64,000 nt of DNA, from assembly GCF_009914755.1 (NCBI RefSeq), contig NC_060928.1, one strand, 5' to 3'. Positions 15,265 through 28,680 of this stretch are shown one piece after another; the first letter of the stretch is position 1; the number at the start of each line of letters is the position of its first letter. The DNA is from the human T2T-CHM13v2.0 reference genome, Homo sapiens. A model generated the notes under the pieces. The model was not told the origin of the DNA, did not search any database, and saw only the letters and a program-made list of their open reading frames with translations. The translations under genes and the position numbers were made by a program.

Positions 15265-16440
15265 ATTAATTCATTTTATTCATGGTGAGGATACAGCAGT
15301 GAAGAAAACAGAAAAAAAAATGCCTGCCTTCAGGGAGCTTACATTTTAGCAGAGTGAGTCCAAGGTCATACAAAAGAAGTAAGTAAATTGTGTAATATAT
15401 TAGAAGGTGATTAGAAATATGGAGAAAAATAAAGCAGAAATATAGAGTGGAATCAAGGGGTACGGGTTGCAAAATTAAATAGATCACTCAGCCATGGTTT
15501 AATGGAGAAGGTAGTAGTTTGAGTTAAGGTAAAAAGTTGTGACGGATTGAGCTATACAGACTATTTGAGAAAGATTATTCCAGGCAGAGGAGACAGCACA
15601 GATGAAGCCTGGTCATTTCTGAAGAATAGCAAGAATTCTATTGTTTTTGCAGCAGAGTTAACAAAGGGGGAGATTAGCAAGAGATGATGTCAAGAGGCAG
15701 AGTTGCTGCAAATAGCTTTGAAAATTTTTCACTGAACAACTCCAGGGGGCACCGTTCACATTTACCATGCTTTTCCAGAGGCTGTGCAATGCGGCAACAC
15801 TGAAGAGAAGGAATGGGTACAGATCTTTTAGGTTTTTACATAAAAACATTGTTATGATGATTACTTTTTTTTCTGTAGATATTTTCACATGCTTAAAATT
15901 AAAATCGTGGCTACTATTTTATTTTTATTTTGTTACCATTGTATTGAAGTGGAAGTTGTAATAACAGAAGTATGTGAAAGGTTTTTTTTTTGTTGGTCGA
16001 TTTTTTTTCATTGAAATAAGAAACAAGATTATCAGCTGAGAGTAGGGATGAGATAATTTGTGCGGTAGTTTGAAGAGAGAGGAAAAGGTATAGAAGAGTA
16101 GGATTATGAATGAAATAAAGACTTGTAATGTCTGGGCAGCATAGAAGGTCCCCTTGGGGTCTATGGCCAGGTATTAAAGTGAGAACAATTAAACACTGGT
16201 CCAAGACAAATTTAGTTTCAGTAGTATAGGCATAAACTTGGTGTCAATTTGGATTTAACCAGGGTTGAGGCTCTATAGGGAAGTATGATAAAAAGAAAAG
16301 TGTAAAGAAATTCAGAGCATATACAAGGGAATGAATGCTTACTATGATTGGCTCTTGCAAGAGGTTGAATAAGGAGGAAAGCAAGCGCCCAAGAAGAGTG
16401 AGGGACAACAAAGATGTGGTAGCATGATATCCTGAGAAAT
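15265..16440 (-). mobile_element. L2 fragments (interrupted near 15720-15990)
   Basis: gaggatacagcagtgaagaaaacag...cctgccttcagggagcttacattttag; attccaggcagaggagacagc. Confidence 0.7.
15725..15805 (+). mobile_element. MER91-like hAT-Tip100 fragment
   Basis: cactgaacaactccagggggcaccgttcacat resembles MER91 (cactgcacaactccagggggcgccattcacat) as recalled. Confidence 0.5.
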
Positions 16441-18399
16441 GCAGAACTGCATTTTAGCACTACTCCCTTAATTGCAGGACTGTGTTACATAGAGAGATGT
16501 TTTTATATTTAATTTAGAAGCAAGAGAAAAGTTACAGGTATTAAGTATTAAGTTTCTACTAGTGCCTTTAACCTGGACTAAATGATAACATTCAAAATTC
16601 TTCAACGTGTTAAGTCAGGTGGAAATAAGAATGGTATTATCCAGCCCATTATTACATCATTTCTATAGTACTGTAGGCAGAAATGTGGAAAAAGAAGGTA
16701 CTTAAAATAATTTTGCTTAATTCAAATCATACAATTTTCACATTATGATTTTCTATAATTTTGTCTTAAGTAACGACTACATGTAAATATCTTGGCATAT
16801 TTCTCTTCATTCTTAGTACCTCAAATATTTATGTGCAGCACACAAATAAAATATTAGGCTTTAAAAAATCTTCGATCTGATTGCATATTTTCATGGAGTG
16901 AAGCATTGATTTCAATGGGATAGCCGGGGATGCCTGTGTATGTGAAGAAGACAAGTGGAAGAGGGCTAAATGTCCTTTTCGAAGCTGTCTACCGTGTGCT
17001 TCATTTTATGATTATGAACATATTTCCAAACTTTTTGGATCCTTCTACAATTATATATAGCAGCTGATGGGTTAGAATCATTAATTCAAAGACATCACTT
17101 TGCAGAAAGAGTAGATTAGCATAAACTACTACTTTCTCTTAGCAATGGATTTTTTTAAATATTATTTTTGATTCAAGCTGAGATTTCCCTTACGAGGCAT
17201 TTTCCCAACTTAATGTCAGCTTAACACATTTATGGAAAAATGTTTTAAACATTTGGTATATGCATGAGCCATCCCTCTGAATGTCACTTCCCTCCCCCAC
17301 CCCCCAAATACAACGTGTTATTACATTTTGTCCTTTTATGACATCCTGTGCCTTCTCTTACTTAAAATAATGATTGTTTGCAATTTTGTGGAACCTTTAC
17401 TACCAGGCAAAGCAGGTTAAATTTCATCAGACCAAAAGTAGTTTCCTATTAATAAATGGTACCTATATACTCAAAGAATTAAATGAATGATTTCATTTAC
17501 TTGAGTAACTGGCCATATAGATTATTAAATAATTATATTTTTCTGTAGACATGTTCACACATTTCAAACTAAAATCATATGAATTATTATATTTTCATTT
17601 TGTTATCCTGTTGAAGTGATATCATATTTGGAAATAAGGTCATCAATACAGTTCTCATCCCCAAACAAGTTTACAGTAAACACCCCAATTATCCTGTGTT
17701 ATTAACCAGCTTTAATTCTCTCCAGTGTAAACATATTTGGAAACAATTTCTTATATTTGAATATTGCTCAAGTTACTGCAGAAAAGACTGCAGAGAACTA
17801 AAGTGTCAACTACTTTAAAAAATCATGGAATGCTGAAGATGTTCAGCTACTATAGATAAAGTATAAAGGACACCGTCATACTAAAATAATTTTTCAAACT
17901 CAAAAATGCAAAAGAGAAAAGAAAAGAGGCAGAGAAAGAGTTGTTTTAACTAATAGTTTGGAGGGATTATCCAATTTAAATAGTCATATTTAGTAGAGCA
18001 GTTAAATAATAATAATAAAACAAAAGAGGGAAGTAATAATGCTTTAAAAATCATTGAAAACTTTGGCTTTTAATTATTTCACAGTCATTTAATAATTAGA
18101 AACAAGGGTGATCACTGAAACAGTGAAACTAAATTTTGTGAGAGCTAATTATGCTATTATTGACCACTTCAAGAATCCAGTCACAAAACTGTTATCTAAT
18201 AATTGATTAATAACTCTATCAATTTTTTTAGAAAGTATTAAAATATTAAATTTTAGGATATTATTCTATATAAATATTCCTTTGAGGGTCTGCAAATTCT
18301 AGACAATGGGAACAACTTGAATATAAGCAAATCTCAAAATAATTTAAGAGAAAAACTCTAAGGGAAAGCATTAGAGCATGATGTCGGATAGGGAATGGG

Positions 18400-18890
18400 T
18401 CCAGCCTTTGTACCAAAAAAGGAACAACCCCAAAAACAGTAAACTGAAAAACATAGGAATTTTATTTTTATTTTTTTCTCTCGTGTAATGGGGAACCTGT
18501 AGAGTAGTGGTTGCTAGTATTGGTTCAGCAGTTTAAGATTGCCAAAAGTGAGGCCTCAGATTCTCTTGGCATTTGCTCCATAGTTTTATGATGGATACTT
18601 TAGTTCCAGCCAATGGGACCATACAGCAGGTTAGAGAAAGAAATAAAAGCTAAGGGCAGAAGGGCAGAGCCCCAGCAATATCTAGCCTCCTTTTATGAAG
18701 CTTTCCTGGAAGCCCCATACTATAAGTTGTGCTTTCATCTGATTGGCCAGAACAATGTTCAATGCCCACTACCTAAAATAAAAGCTGAGAAATTTATTCT
18801 TTTAACTGGACAGTTTGGCTCCACAAGCAAACTTTGGCTTTATTGAGTAAGCAAGAAAGTAAACATTGGCATTGAGTATACATTTAGAAG
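18400..18890 (-). mobile_element. Old MaLR LTR (MLT1J/K/L class)
   Basis: ggaagcccc...ctttcatctgattggccagaac...gctgagaaatttattcttttaactgg. Confidence 0.65.
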
Positions 18891-19849
18891 TGATGTCCCA
18901 GGATTTAAGACATCTGTAGCCTGAAACGAGAAAGTAAAAATAAGGATGTAAATTCCCTGTTACTAAGCAGTCTACTTCCTATGTACAAAGTACATGTAAG
19001 AATACTGATTTAGAAGATTATAGGAGAGCAATAAATTATGATATATTAATTAGGAACACGGGGAGGTGAGATGAGAAACTGGAAAATTGTTATTTCAAAT
19101 GTAGAGCTCTAAGCAAAGGTCATTTATACAGTTGGATTTAGGGTACCTGAAGCTCTAACACCTAGGATAAAAAGTTCCTCCATATTCTGGACCACATGAG
19201 CTACTTGATTCCATCTTCTCCTAATTCCCAACACAAAGCTTCCTCTGGAGCCAAATCGATTTATTATTTCTTTCTTCAACATTTTATCCACTTTTCCGAG
19301 GTTCATTAAGGCAGGAATATTGGAAATAAAATTTTATTGTCCATAAATTTCATATTTCTAAGGGTATAGTAGGTCACCTATAGTAACTGATGAAAAATGT
19401 GCATTAGCTAAGAATTCATGAACTACTGTTCATCATTATGATTCCAATTTTTATACTATCTTCAGAACCATGTGGAAGTTAAGGTTTGGTAAAATGTTGC
19501 CAGCAACATACTGCCTCTGTCACATATTTCCTTTCTTTATTTGGTAGTTACAACTCTGTAAAAATGTAAAACTTACTGTTAACATACCAACCACACACTA
19601 ACAGACTGCAGGCTAAATCCCACAGGCAGTACTTCCCAATCCATAGACAGGTTGTTGCTAAACCTATGTGGATTTTACTGGAAGAGTACAGTAATTGGGC
19701 ATAGTCTTGTGCTCTTTCTGCTACTGCTCCCTCTGTTTAGGGGTTCTCCTCCTGCTTTCTGCCTCATTCCCACCTACTTATTTTTCACAAATGTTATCAA
19801 CTCAGTTGTTCATTTTTTTTTCTTACCCTTATAACAAACAAGTGTCTCT

Positions 19850-20140
19850 TTTGTGGCTGCACCGTGTTCTGTACATTTCTCTCAAAAACCTAAAATGTCA
19901 CTTTATTATTCTTCATGCATTCTCCCCTCTCCTATCAACTAAGTAAGTAAAATCTCAGCGTCTCGATCATTTTTGCATCCCTGGTGTCAAGTAAGTTGCT
20001 CAGCAGATAATGCATATTCATCGTCTGTTGAGGAAAGGAAGAAAGGAAGTCAGGAAAGAAAAGAAGGGGAGAAGGAGGGAATAAGGTTGAAAGGAAGAAA
20101 CAAGCAAAAAATAAAGGACTGACAAATGAAAGGAGGGATG
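19850..20140 (+). mobile_element. L2 3' end followed by purine-rich tract
   Basis: tttgcatccctggtgtcaagtaagttgctcagcagataatgc...gttgaggaaaggaagaaagg. Confidence 0.5.
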
Positions 20141-20529
20141 TAGTTTTCACACTGAAAGTGTAAATTTTTGGACATAATTGGAAAACAATAATTTCAAAGA
20201 TTCACGTGTTCACATGCACATGAATGAACACTTTAATTAATTTTTTCACTTTTTAAAATACAATTTTTATCATCCATGTTCTTTTTTCTTGGAATGTTTG
20301 TTAAAATATTAGTTTTTTCATTATTAAATACTTGTGACCACTTTCAGTATGGGGTTATGGATAGATGGAGAATTGCAAAGCAAATTAGAATGTCTTGTTT
20401 CTGTTTCCAACTTGAATATTACATAACCTTGAAAAAGTTATTTGGCTATTTCATGCATCATCAACCTCTTATTTCAAAAGTAATGATAGCATGCTTCTTG
20501 AAGAAATATGGTAAAACTGATGATAACCA

Positions 20530-20810
20530 TAATGATAATGATGACAAATACTTTTGAAACACTTATGTGCCAATTACTCTGCTAAGAATTATGTATACAT
20601 AAACATGTACACACAATATCCAATCCTCATAAAAACCTTTGGGGTAGGAACTACTGGCATATTTATTTTACATATTTGAAAATTATAGCACAGGAATTTT
20701 AAGTAATTTGCCAAGGTCATCCATATAATAATCGTCAAAGACAGAATTTGATCCAAGATTGGTCCAAAGCCAAATACAAGGGTTTGACTTCTACACTGAG
20801 CAACTAGGTA
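20530..20810 (-). mobile_element. MIR
   Basis: atcctcataaaaacctttggggtagg...ttttacat...taagtaatttgccaaggtcat. Confidence 0.75.
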
Positions 20811-23718
20811 AGGACTCATGTAATGTGAACTCATATCACACAGGGAGGAGCCTTTATGTATAAAAGTAGCTAAAATTTTGTTTTCTTCTGAAAAATATGA
20901 CTTCTTTTGTATTTTGTGCACAGACCATTGTTCTGAATAAGTGAAATAATAGTTGTAGAAAATACTAATTTGCTTTAAAGCAAGTAAATTAAGTATCCCC
21001 AAGTACATTAACTAGTTATCAGCCTATCCCCTGGGGGGAAACCTATGTTATAATTTTCATGTATAGGTATTTGAAAAGAATTGGAGTTCTTATAGTTAAT
21101 CTCAGAAAATCATTTAAAAGCATAAGACTACAGAATGATCAAGTAAAGCAGAAAGAATGATTTTTAAGGCTTTACACTTACCAAAAATAATAATAACAAG
21201 GTATCCAGAAAAGACAGATGTAAATCTTGATAGATTAATATTAATGAATTTTGAGTGATATAAATAGCTCATTTTTCAATTATTGCTGCTTGATACTGAA
21301 GTGTATTTTGTAGGGGGCATTTATGTCTTTGAGGTTAAATGTGTTCAGAAACAAAACAGCTGCTTGACAAGAAAAAGATGCTGCAGTGAAAAAAGCTATT
21401 TGGTGGGTGGGAGGGTCTGCTATTGCCATCTGCTAGGAAAATCAAATAGATAAATATGTATTGTAGAGATTTTCTGTCTAAGGAAAATTCTTTCATCTAC
21501 CTGCCAATACCAGACCAGCAAGTCAAGGACTTACCATGATATAACACATGACAAGAAAAGCCATTTTTCTCTAAATCCATTGCTGAGAAGTATGAATATT
21601 AATAGCTAATGAAATACCAATTCTAATTTGCAAGCAAAAAGTTCATGCTATCCTTTATGTTGTAAGTTTGGTGAAAATAGGAATTGACGAGAACCTTGGA
21701 GACTGCTAGAATAAGCCAGTTAAGAAATTTTTAAAACAATATCCTACTTGTAAAATGGGTAAAAACCTTATCTATTGCCAATGGGTACCTAAAGAAAGAG
21801 AAATAGAAAATATGTTTTCTTGTTATTCAATATGTGAATCATTATGCCATTTACACACCTCAATTTTCCATGCTAATCTAAGCTTTATGCAATAAGATCT
21901 CAATACCTAAAAGTGAGTAAGTTTTTCAACAATTACTCATCTATTCAAATGTCATTCATTCATATGTTACTTTAATTACCTGTGCTGTGACCAAAAAAGG
22001 CTTTAAGAAAACCGGGCACACAAGTTGGCTCATTTTTTTTCTTTTTTTTTTTCTTTTTTTTTTTTTGTGGGAAGGCCTTGTCCATTTCTCCCAGAGACCA
22101 TCAGCTCTTACTTTGCAGTGCTGCGTGGTGGTACAACTGGAACCACATGGCAGCTTGTGAGTTCTTTGTGTGACTATGCACAAGTCACATAAACAAATTC
22201 TAGGGCTCGGTTTTCTCATTTGTAAAATTGAGACCTTTCAATATCACTTTAGAAATAAGCCTAAGAACCTTTCTCCATTTGATTTCGAAACTGAGAACAA
22301 CTTAGATTTATATAATTTTAGAAGTATCAGGAGCTTTGATGGTCATCTAGTTTGATCACTTTGTTTTTACTGAAATGAGAATCTGGCTACTAGAATCAAA
22401 TAACATGACAATGGCTGCAAGAGAAAGTTATCAATCTTACAAACTTGGACCAGGAGACTGAGGAAGTAGAAACAGTAGACACAAGAGCTCAAAAACTCTA
22501 GGAACATAGTTTAGGAGCAAATAGTCCTTATAATATCAGCAGATTCCAAGAACACATCAGGAGCACAGTGCAGTGAAATCATTCATATTAACAATGAAAA
22601 CTTAGTCTTTGTGAATGATAAAAACTTAGTCTATGTGAATGCGATGTGATGCCTGGCATGCATTTATTAACTTAAAAGCAGTAAGTTATGTGTTTTAGGA
22701 AGTTGTTCACTGAAATGAATAAAACAATAAATAACTCAAATGCTGAACTTTTCAAGTGAGAAATGGCTAACTCATTCATTGTAATATAATATTCTATACT
22801 GAATAATATAAGAAATGTATGCATACTTAACATCAACAGCAAAACTAATTAACAGACATAATGATGAACAGATATTTCTATTAACTACATGGATATAAAA
22901 GAATACTTTTAAACTGCTATAAAATGCCATCCATAAATAAGTGTTCTATATGCAGTAACAAAATTATTTAGCCACTCATATAAATGAGCTTCAAGCTTAC
23001 TAGCTGATGCTCTGTAATTTTTCCCACTGTGATTTTATTTTCTTCCACCCTAAGACTATTTTACTGATCACAAATTTCCAATAAAGAGAATTAACTATAT
23101 TCAAGATCATTCACATACTCCATTTTCTAAACATTTAGCAAATTTTCACTGCTCTGTCTTCCAGGGAAATGCTAGTAATATTTTATGTTATTATTTGGTT
23201 TTTTTAAACTTAATTTTTTTGCCTATCCTGTTTTATGACTTAAAAATACTGTTTCAAAAAATTCCAGATATAATAGATTCTTTTAAAAAATTCTAAAATC
23301 ACGATGGATTTAATTTAAATTAAATTTAATTTGAATGCCCAGTCTAGAAATTCTAGCATTGAAGGAGAAATTATTAGTAATCCTAGATGCATATCTATCA
23401 TGAGGCTTAAATGTAAAAGCAGGATGGCAACTTTGGCACATAGTATTAGCAAAATGAATTAAACGGATTGAGGTATATTAGAGAAATGAGATAAAATAAA
23501 AATGATCTCATCCTTTGGAAGCAAGGAAAAGAGGAAATGGAAGATAAGACTAGAAGATAAGTAACTTACTTATTTTGTGAAAAACAGATAAAAGCTATAC
23601 TCTCTCCAAACAACTTTTTGATACAGAAAAGTTAAATTTTGAATTGACACAAGATAATGTTACTAAAACATTCTTTTTTCCTGGCTTTTATAATTTGTTC
23701 TTAAAAGTGTATATATGG

Positions 23719-24130
23719 TGATATCATTTGGATCTGTGTTCTCACCAAATTGCATGTTGAATTGTAATCTCCAGCGTTGGAGATGGAGCCTGGTAGGAGG
23801 TGATTGGATAATGAGATCACAATTCTCATGAATGGCTTAACACTAACCTTCTTGGCACTGTCCTTGCAATAGTGAGTGAATTCTCTGCAAATCTGGTTGT
23901 TCGAACGTGTGTAGCCCCTCCCACATCCTTGCTACTGCTCCCACCATGTGAAGACATCTCACTACCAGCTTTGCCTTCTACCAAGGTTAGAAGCTTCCTG
24001 GGACCTCTCCAGAAGCAGAAGCTGCTATGCTTCTTATAAAGCCTGCAGAACCATAAGCCAATTGAACCTCTTTTCTTTATAAATTCCCCAGTCTCAAGTA
24101 TTTCTAGCAGTGGGAGAACAGACTAATACA
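23719..24130 (+). mobile_element. MSTB-type MaLR solo LTR
   Basis: TGatatcatttggatctgtg...ccagaagcagaagctgctatgcttc...agactaataCA; TG...CA termini. Confidence 0.88.
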
Positions 24131-24399
24131 TATATTATTTTCATACTACATGTATGAAAAATGGTAGGAAGGGAAACACTTCCAAATTCAAGAACTGTAC
24201 AGCCTTGATGGAGGCAGCTCAGCATCAATTTGTAGGAAGCTCAGGGGAACCTTGGGGTCAAGGTGAGAGTCACCAAACCAGGAGAAAGACCATGACACAA
24301 GAATGGCAACAGTGCGGATTGACTGTAGTCATCAATGAGTAAGTAGCAACTACAGGAACGGAGGCACACTGAAAACATCCAAGTACCAATCATTAAAAA

Positions 24400-24625
24400 A
24401 GCCAGAGGGGAGCTTACAGCATGTGAAACAAGGGGCCAGTTGCTAGGGGCTTGTGGGCTATCTTAAGTTAGCTTAGAGGGCTTTGAGACAAAATGTGACA
24501 GAATCTAAATTACATGTTAAGAGGATCACTGTAGCTGCTTTGCTGAGAATGGACTCAAAAGGCCAAGAGTGGAAATTAAAAGCAATAAAGATGCTGCTGC
24601 CATAAATTAGTCAAGAAAGAATAGT
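24400..24625 (-). mobile_element. L2 fragment (continues at 32636-32820 after an L1 insertion)
   Basis: gaggatcactgtagctgctttgctgagaatggactc...gctgctgccataaattag; the colinear continuation atggtaacttgcactaag...gtagaagtggtaag follows the L1. Confidence 0.6.
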
Positions 24626-26192
24626 AGGATGCAGAGTTGTGCAATGGTGGTATGAGGAGCTCTGTGGACCATCTCCAAGTGAGACACCCATAACAGGTGA
24701 AAATTATTTTAAAAACATTAAAAATATCTGGAAAGTGAACCAAGGGGATATAACCCATGCAAAACCATTTATTCAAGAAAATCTACTACAAATGGTAAGA
24801 ACAGTGAGAGTCGATGGCATGTGAGCCATGACCTGCTCCTTTCTCTTCCTGCCCCAGTTTAGAGTAACAGAATTCTTACCTTGGGTAAGTGTAGCCAAGA
24901 ACATAGGGCTACATCTCTCTGTAGTGTCAAGTCTAGGCTTATGATTTCTCCTTGGAAATGGCAGTCCACGGCATTTCTCCTCTCCGCATCTCTGTATGCA
25001 GAAGTTCTATTCTAGTTAACAGCAAATTTGAGACCTGGAGTTTTCCTCCACTATGCAGCCCCACTCATAGAAAAGAAGCTGTACCCTAAGTGCGGAAGGC
25101 CAAGAATACTGTAATTTTAATTTTCCCTTGCCTCATCTCAATTGTGGAGTGTTGATTCCATTCCAGGAAAGGAAATCGGAGAGTAATAGGGGCTACTACC
25201 CCAACCCAGGACCCCGCCTATGAATCTGGGTGTTACTTTGAGAGAAGTAGACAATTGTAGTTACCTTTATCTCTGAGCAGTGGCACAGAGGTTTTGCTCA
25301 GGGAGAGAGGCAGGTCTCAAGAAGAGAGATCTGCAATGTTCTCCCCAAGGAAACACTTTATTTGAGACACAGTGTGAAGAACTTTCAGCCTAAGCTCACT
25401 CTCAAACAGTAGAGATTTTAACAGTAAGCAAGTAAGGAGGAGGCTGTTGTTATCATAATTAAGATAGAAAACAAGTGAATCATTGACTAAATAGAAACTT
25501 TCTATCTAGAGAGAACCAGATAAACAGGTAGCTAAGAGGAACACTCTTTGGGTCAGTAAAAGCCTCATAATCTGAGTGCCTTTTGTCAAAAGCAATCAAG
25601 TATACAGCTGATAATTAGTATAGGCTCACTTCTGACTAAGCTCTATTCGAGAGGCAGACAGCTTAACAAAAACATCAGGAAAGACAGTCAAAGAAGGCCA
25701 TGCTAAAACCACTATTGTCCAAGAGTGACTATGTTCCCTATGAGGAGTAACATTGAGGCTGCACACTTCAAGTGAAAGAGTCACTTAAATTATCCAGCCA
25801 TTCCATTTAAAAAATAACTAAATGGCAACAAAAATACATCCTTAACATGGAGGGAAGGGATCAGTGTGAAGAGTGCTGCCAAAATTATCTAAAATGTCCA
25901 TTAAAAAAATACAAGATATACAAAGAAACAGGATGGTGTAATTCATCCACAGGAAAATAAAGCGAGCAATTGAAATTGCCTCTAAAGGGCCAAGGTGCCA
26001 GACATAGAAGACAAAGATTTCAAATTTGTTCAAAGAACTAAAGCAAACTAGGCCTGAAGACATAGACAAAGGTATGATGACAATATCTCATCCAATGAGA
26101 ATATCAATAGAGATAGAAATATTAATAAAGAGTCAAATAAAAATTCTAGAGATGAAAAGTGCAATTATTGAAATAAAAATTACTACAGGTCT

Positions 26193-28680
26193 TGTATTTG
26201 TCCATTTTTATACTTCTATGAAGAAATACCCAAGACTGAGTAATTTATAAAGAAAAAGAGTTTTAATAGACTCACAGTTCCACATGGCTGGGGAGGTCTC
26301 ACAACTATGGCAGAAGGCAAAGGAGAAGCAAAGTCACATCTTACATGGTAGCAGGCAAGAGAGATTGTGTAGGGGATCTCCCCTTTATTAAATCATCAGA
26401 TCTCATGAGATTATTCACTATCACAAGAATAGTATGGGAAAGACCCAACCCCATGATTCAATTATTCAATTACCTCCCACTGGGTTCTTCTCATAACAGG
26501 TGGGCATTATTGAAAATGAGATTTTGGTGGTGACACAGCCAAACCAAATCATTCCTGGCCTCTCCCAAATTTCATGTCCTCACATTTCAAAACTAAACAT
26601 GCCTTCTCAACAGTCCCCCAAAGTTTTTATTACTTTCAGCATTAACTTAAAAGTCCACAGTCCAAAGTCTCATCTAAGACAAGGCAAGCCCCTTCCATCT
26701 ATGACGGTAAAATCAAAAGCAAATTATTTACTTCTTAGATACAATGGGGATACACATACTGGGTAAACACACCTGTTCCAAATGGGAGAAATTGGCCAAA
26801 ACAAAGGGACTATGGGCCCATGAAAGTCCAAAATCCAGAAGGGCAATCAAATTTTAGCTCCAAAATGATCTCCTTTGATGCCATGTCTCACATCCAGATC
26901 ATACTGATGCAAAAAGTGGGTTCCCATGGTCTTGGGCAGCTCTGTCCCTGTGGCTTTGCAGGGTAGAGCCCCCTTCCTGGCTGCTTTCACTGGCTGGCTT
27001 GAGTGTCTGTGGCTTTTCCAGGTGCACGGTGCAAGCCATTGGTGGATCTACCATTCTGGGGTCTAGAGGATGGTGACCCTCTTCTCACAGCTCCACTAAT
27101 CAGTGCCCCAGTGGGGATTCTGTGTGGGGGCTCCCACCTCACATTTCCCTTCCTCACTGCCCTAGCAGATTCTCCATGAGGGCTCCGCCCCTGCAGCACA
27201 CCTCAGCGTGGACATCCAGGCATTTCCATACATGCTCTGAAATCTTGGTGGAGGTTCCCAAAACTTAATTCCTGACCAGAGACCCTAAATCATCTCTCTT
27301 AAGTTCAAAGTTCCACAGATCTCTAGGGCAGGGGCAAAATGCCACCAGTCTCTTTGTAAAACATAGCAAGAGTCACCTTTATTACAGTTTGTAACATGTT
27401 CCTCATCTCCATCTGAGACCCCCAGTCTCTTTCTAAAACGTAGCAAGAGTCACCTTTATTACAGTTTGTAACATGTTCCACATCTCCATCTGAGACCAAT
27501 CATCTCCATCAAACACCACATGTAGGCTGCAAAGGCTTCGGGCTTTCGTCCTCTGAAGCAACGGCTTGAGCAGTATATTGGCCCCTTTTAGCAATGGCTG
27601 TGACAAAGGGCATTAAGTCCCCAGACTGCACAAAGCAGCAAGGCCCTGGTTCCAGTCCAGGAATCCATTTTTCCCTCCTATGCCTCATGACTTGTGATGG
27701 GAGGAGCTGCCATGACAGGTACTGGAGACGTTTTCCCCATTGTCTTGGTGATTAGCATTTGGTTCCTTGTTACTTATGCAAATTTCTGCACCCAGCTTGA
27801 ATTTCTGTTCAGAAAATGGGTTTTTCTTTTCTACTGCATAGTCATGCTGTAAATTTTCTAAACTTTTATGCTCTGCTTCCCTTTTAAATATAAGTTCCAA
27901 TTCCAAACCATATCTTTGTGAATGAATAAAACTGAATGATTTTAAAAGCACCAAAGTCACCTCTTGAACACTTTGGTGCTTAGAAATTTCTTCCACCAGA
28001 GACCCTAAATCATCTCTCTCAAGTTCAATGTTCCACAGATCTCTAGGGCAGGGGCAAAATGTCCCCAGTCTCTTCCTAAAATATAGCAAAAATCACCTCT
28101 ATTACAGTTTGTAACATGTTCCTCATTTCCATCTGAGACCACTTCAGACTGGACTTCATTTTCCAGATCACTTTCAGTATTTTGGTCAAAGCCATTCAAC
28201 AAGTCTCTAGGAAGTTTCAAAATTTCCAACAATTTCATCTCTTCTTCTGAGCCTTCCAAGCTGTTCCAACCTCTGCCTGTTATCCAGTTCCAAAGTCACA
28301 TCCACAATTTTGGGTATACTTCTAGCAGTACTCCACTCTACTGGTATCAATTTACTGTATTAGCTCATTTTCATACTGCTATGAAAAAAATCCAAGATGG
28401 GGTAATTTGTAAAGAAAAAGAGGTTTAATAGACTCACAGTTTCACATGGCTGAGAAAGCCTTATGATCATGATGGAAGGTGAAGGAGGAGCAAAGGCACA
28501 TCTTACATGGTGGCAGGCAATAGGGCATATGAGACTTATTCACTGTCTGGAGAACAGCATAAGAAAAACTTGTCCCCATGATTCAATTACCTCCCACCAG
28601 GACCCTCCCAAAACACGTGGGGATTATGGGAGCTACAATTCAAGACAAGATTTGGGTAGGGACACAGCCAAACCATATCA
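26193..28680 (-). mobile_element. Complete THE1 (THE1B/C-type) MaLR provirus: LTR 26193-26551, internal 26552-28355, LTR 28356-28680
   Basis: Two homologous LTRs with TG...CA ends and THE1-int sequence between them. Degenerate 5-bp TSD GGTCT (26188-26192) / GGGTT (28681-28685). L1 ORF1 is colinear on both sides. Confidence 0.93.

Noticed and set aside
20589-21008. 139-aa ORF
   Set aside because: Overlaps a MIR, lacks splice or protein-family signatures, and is within chance expectation.
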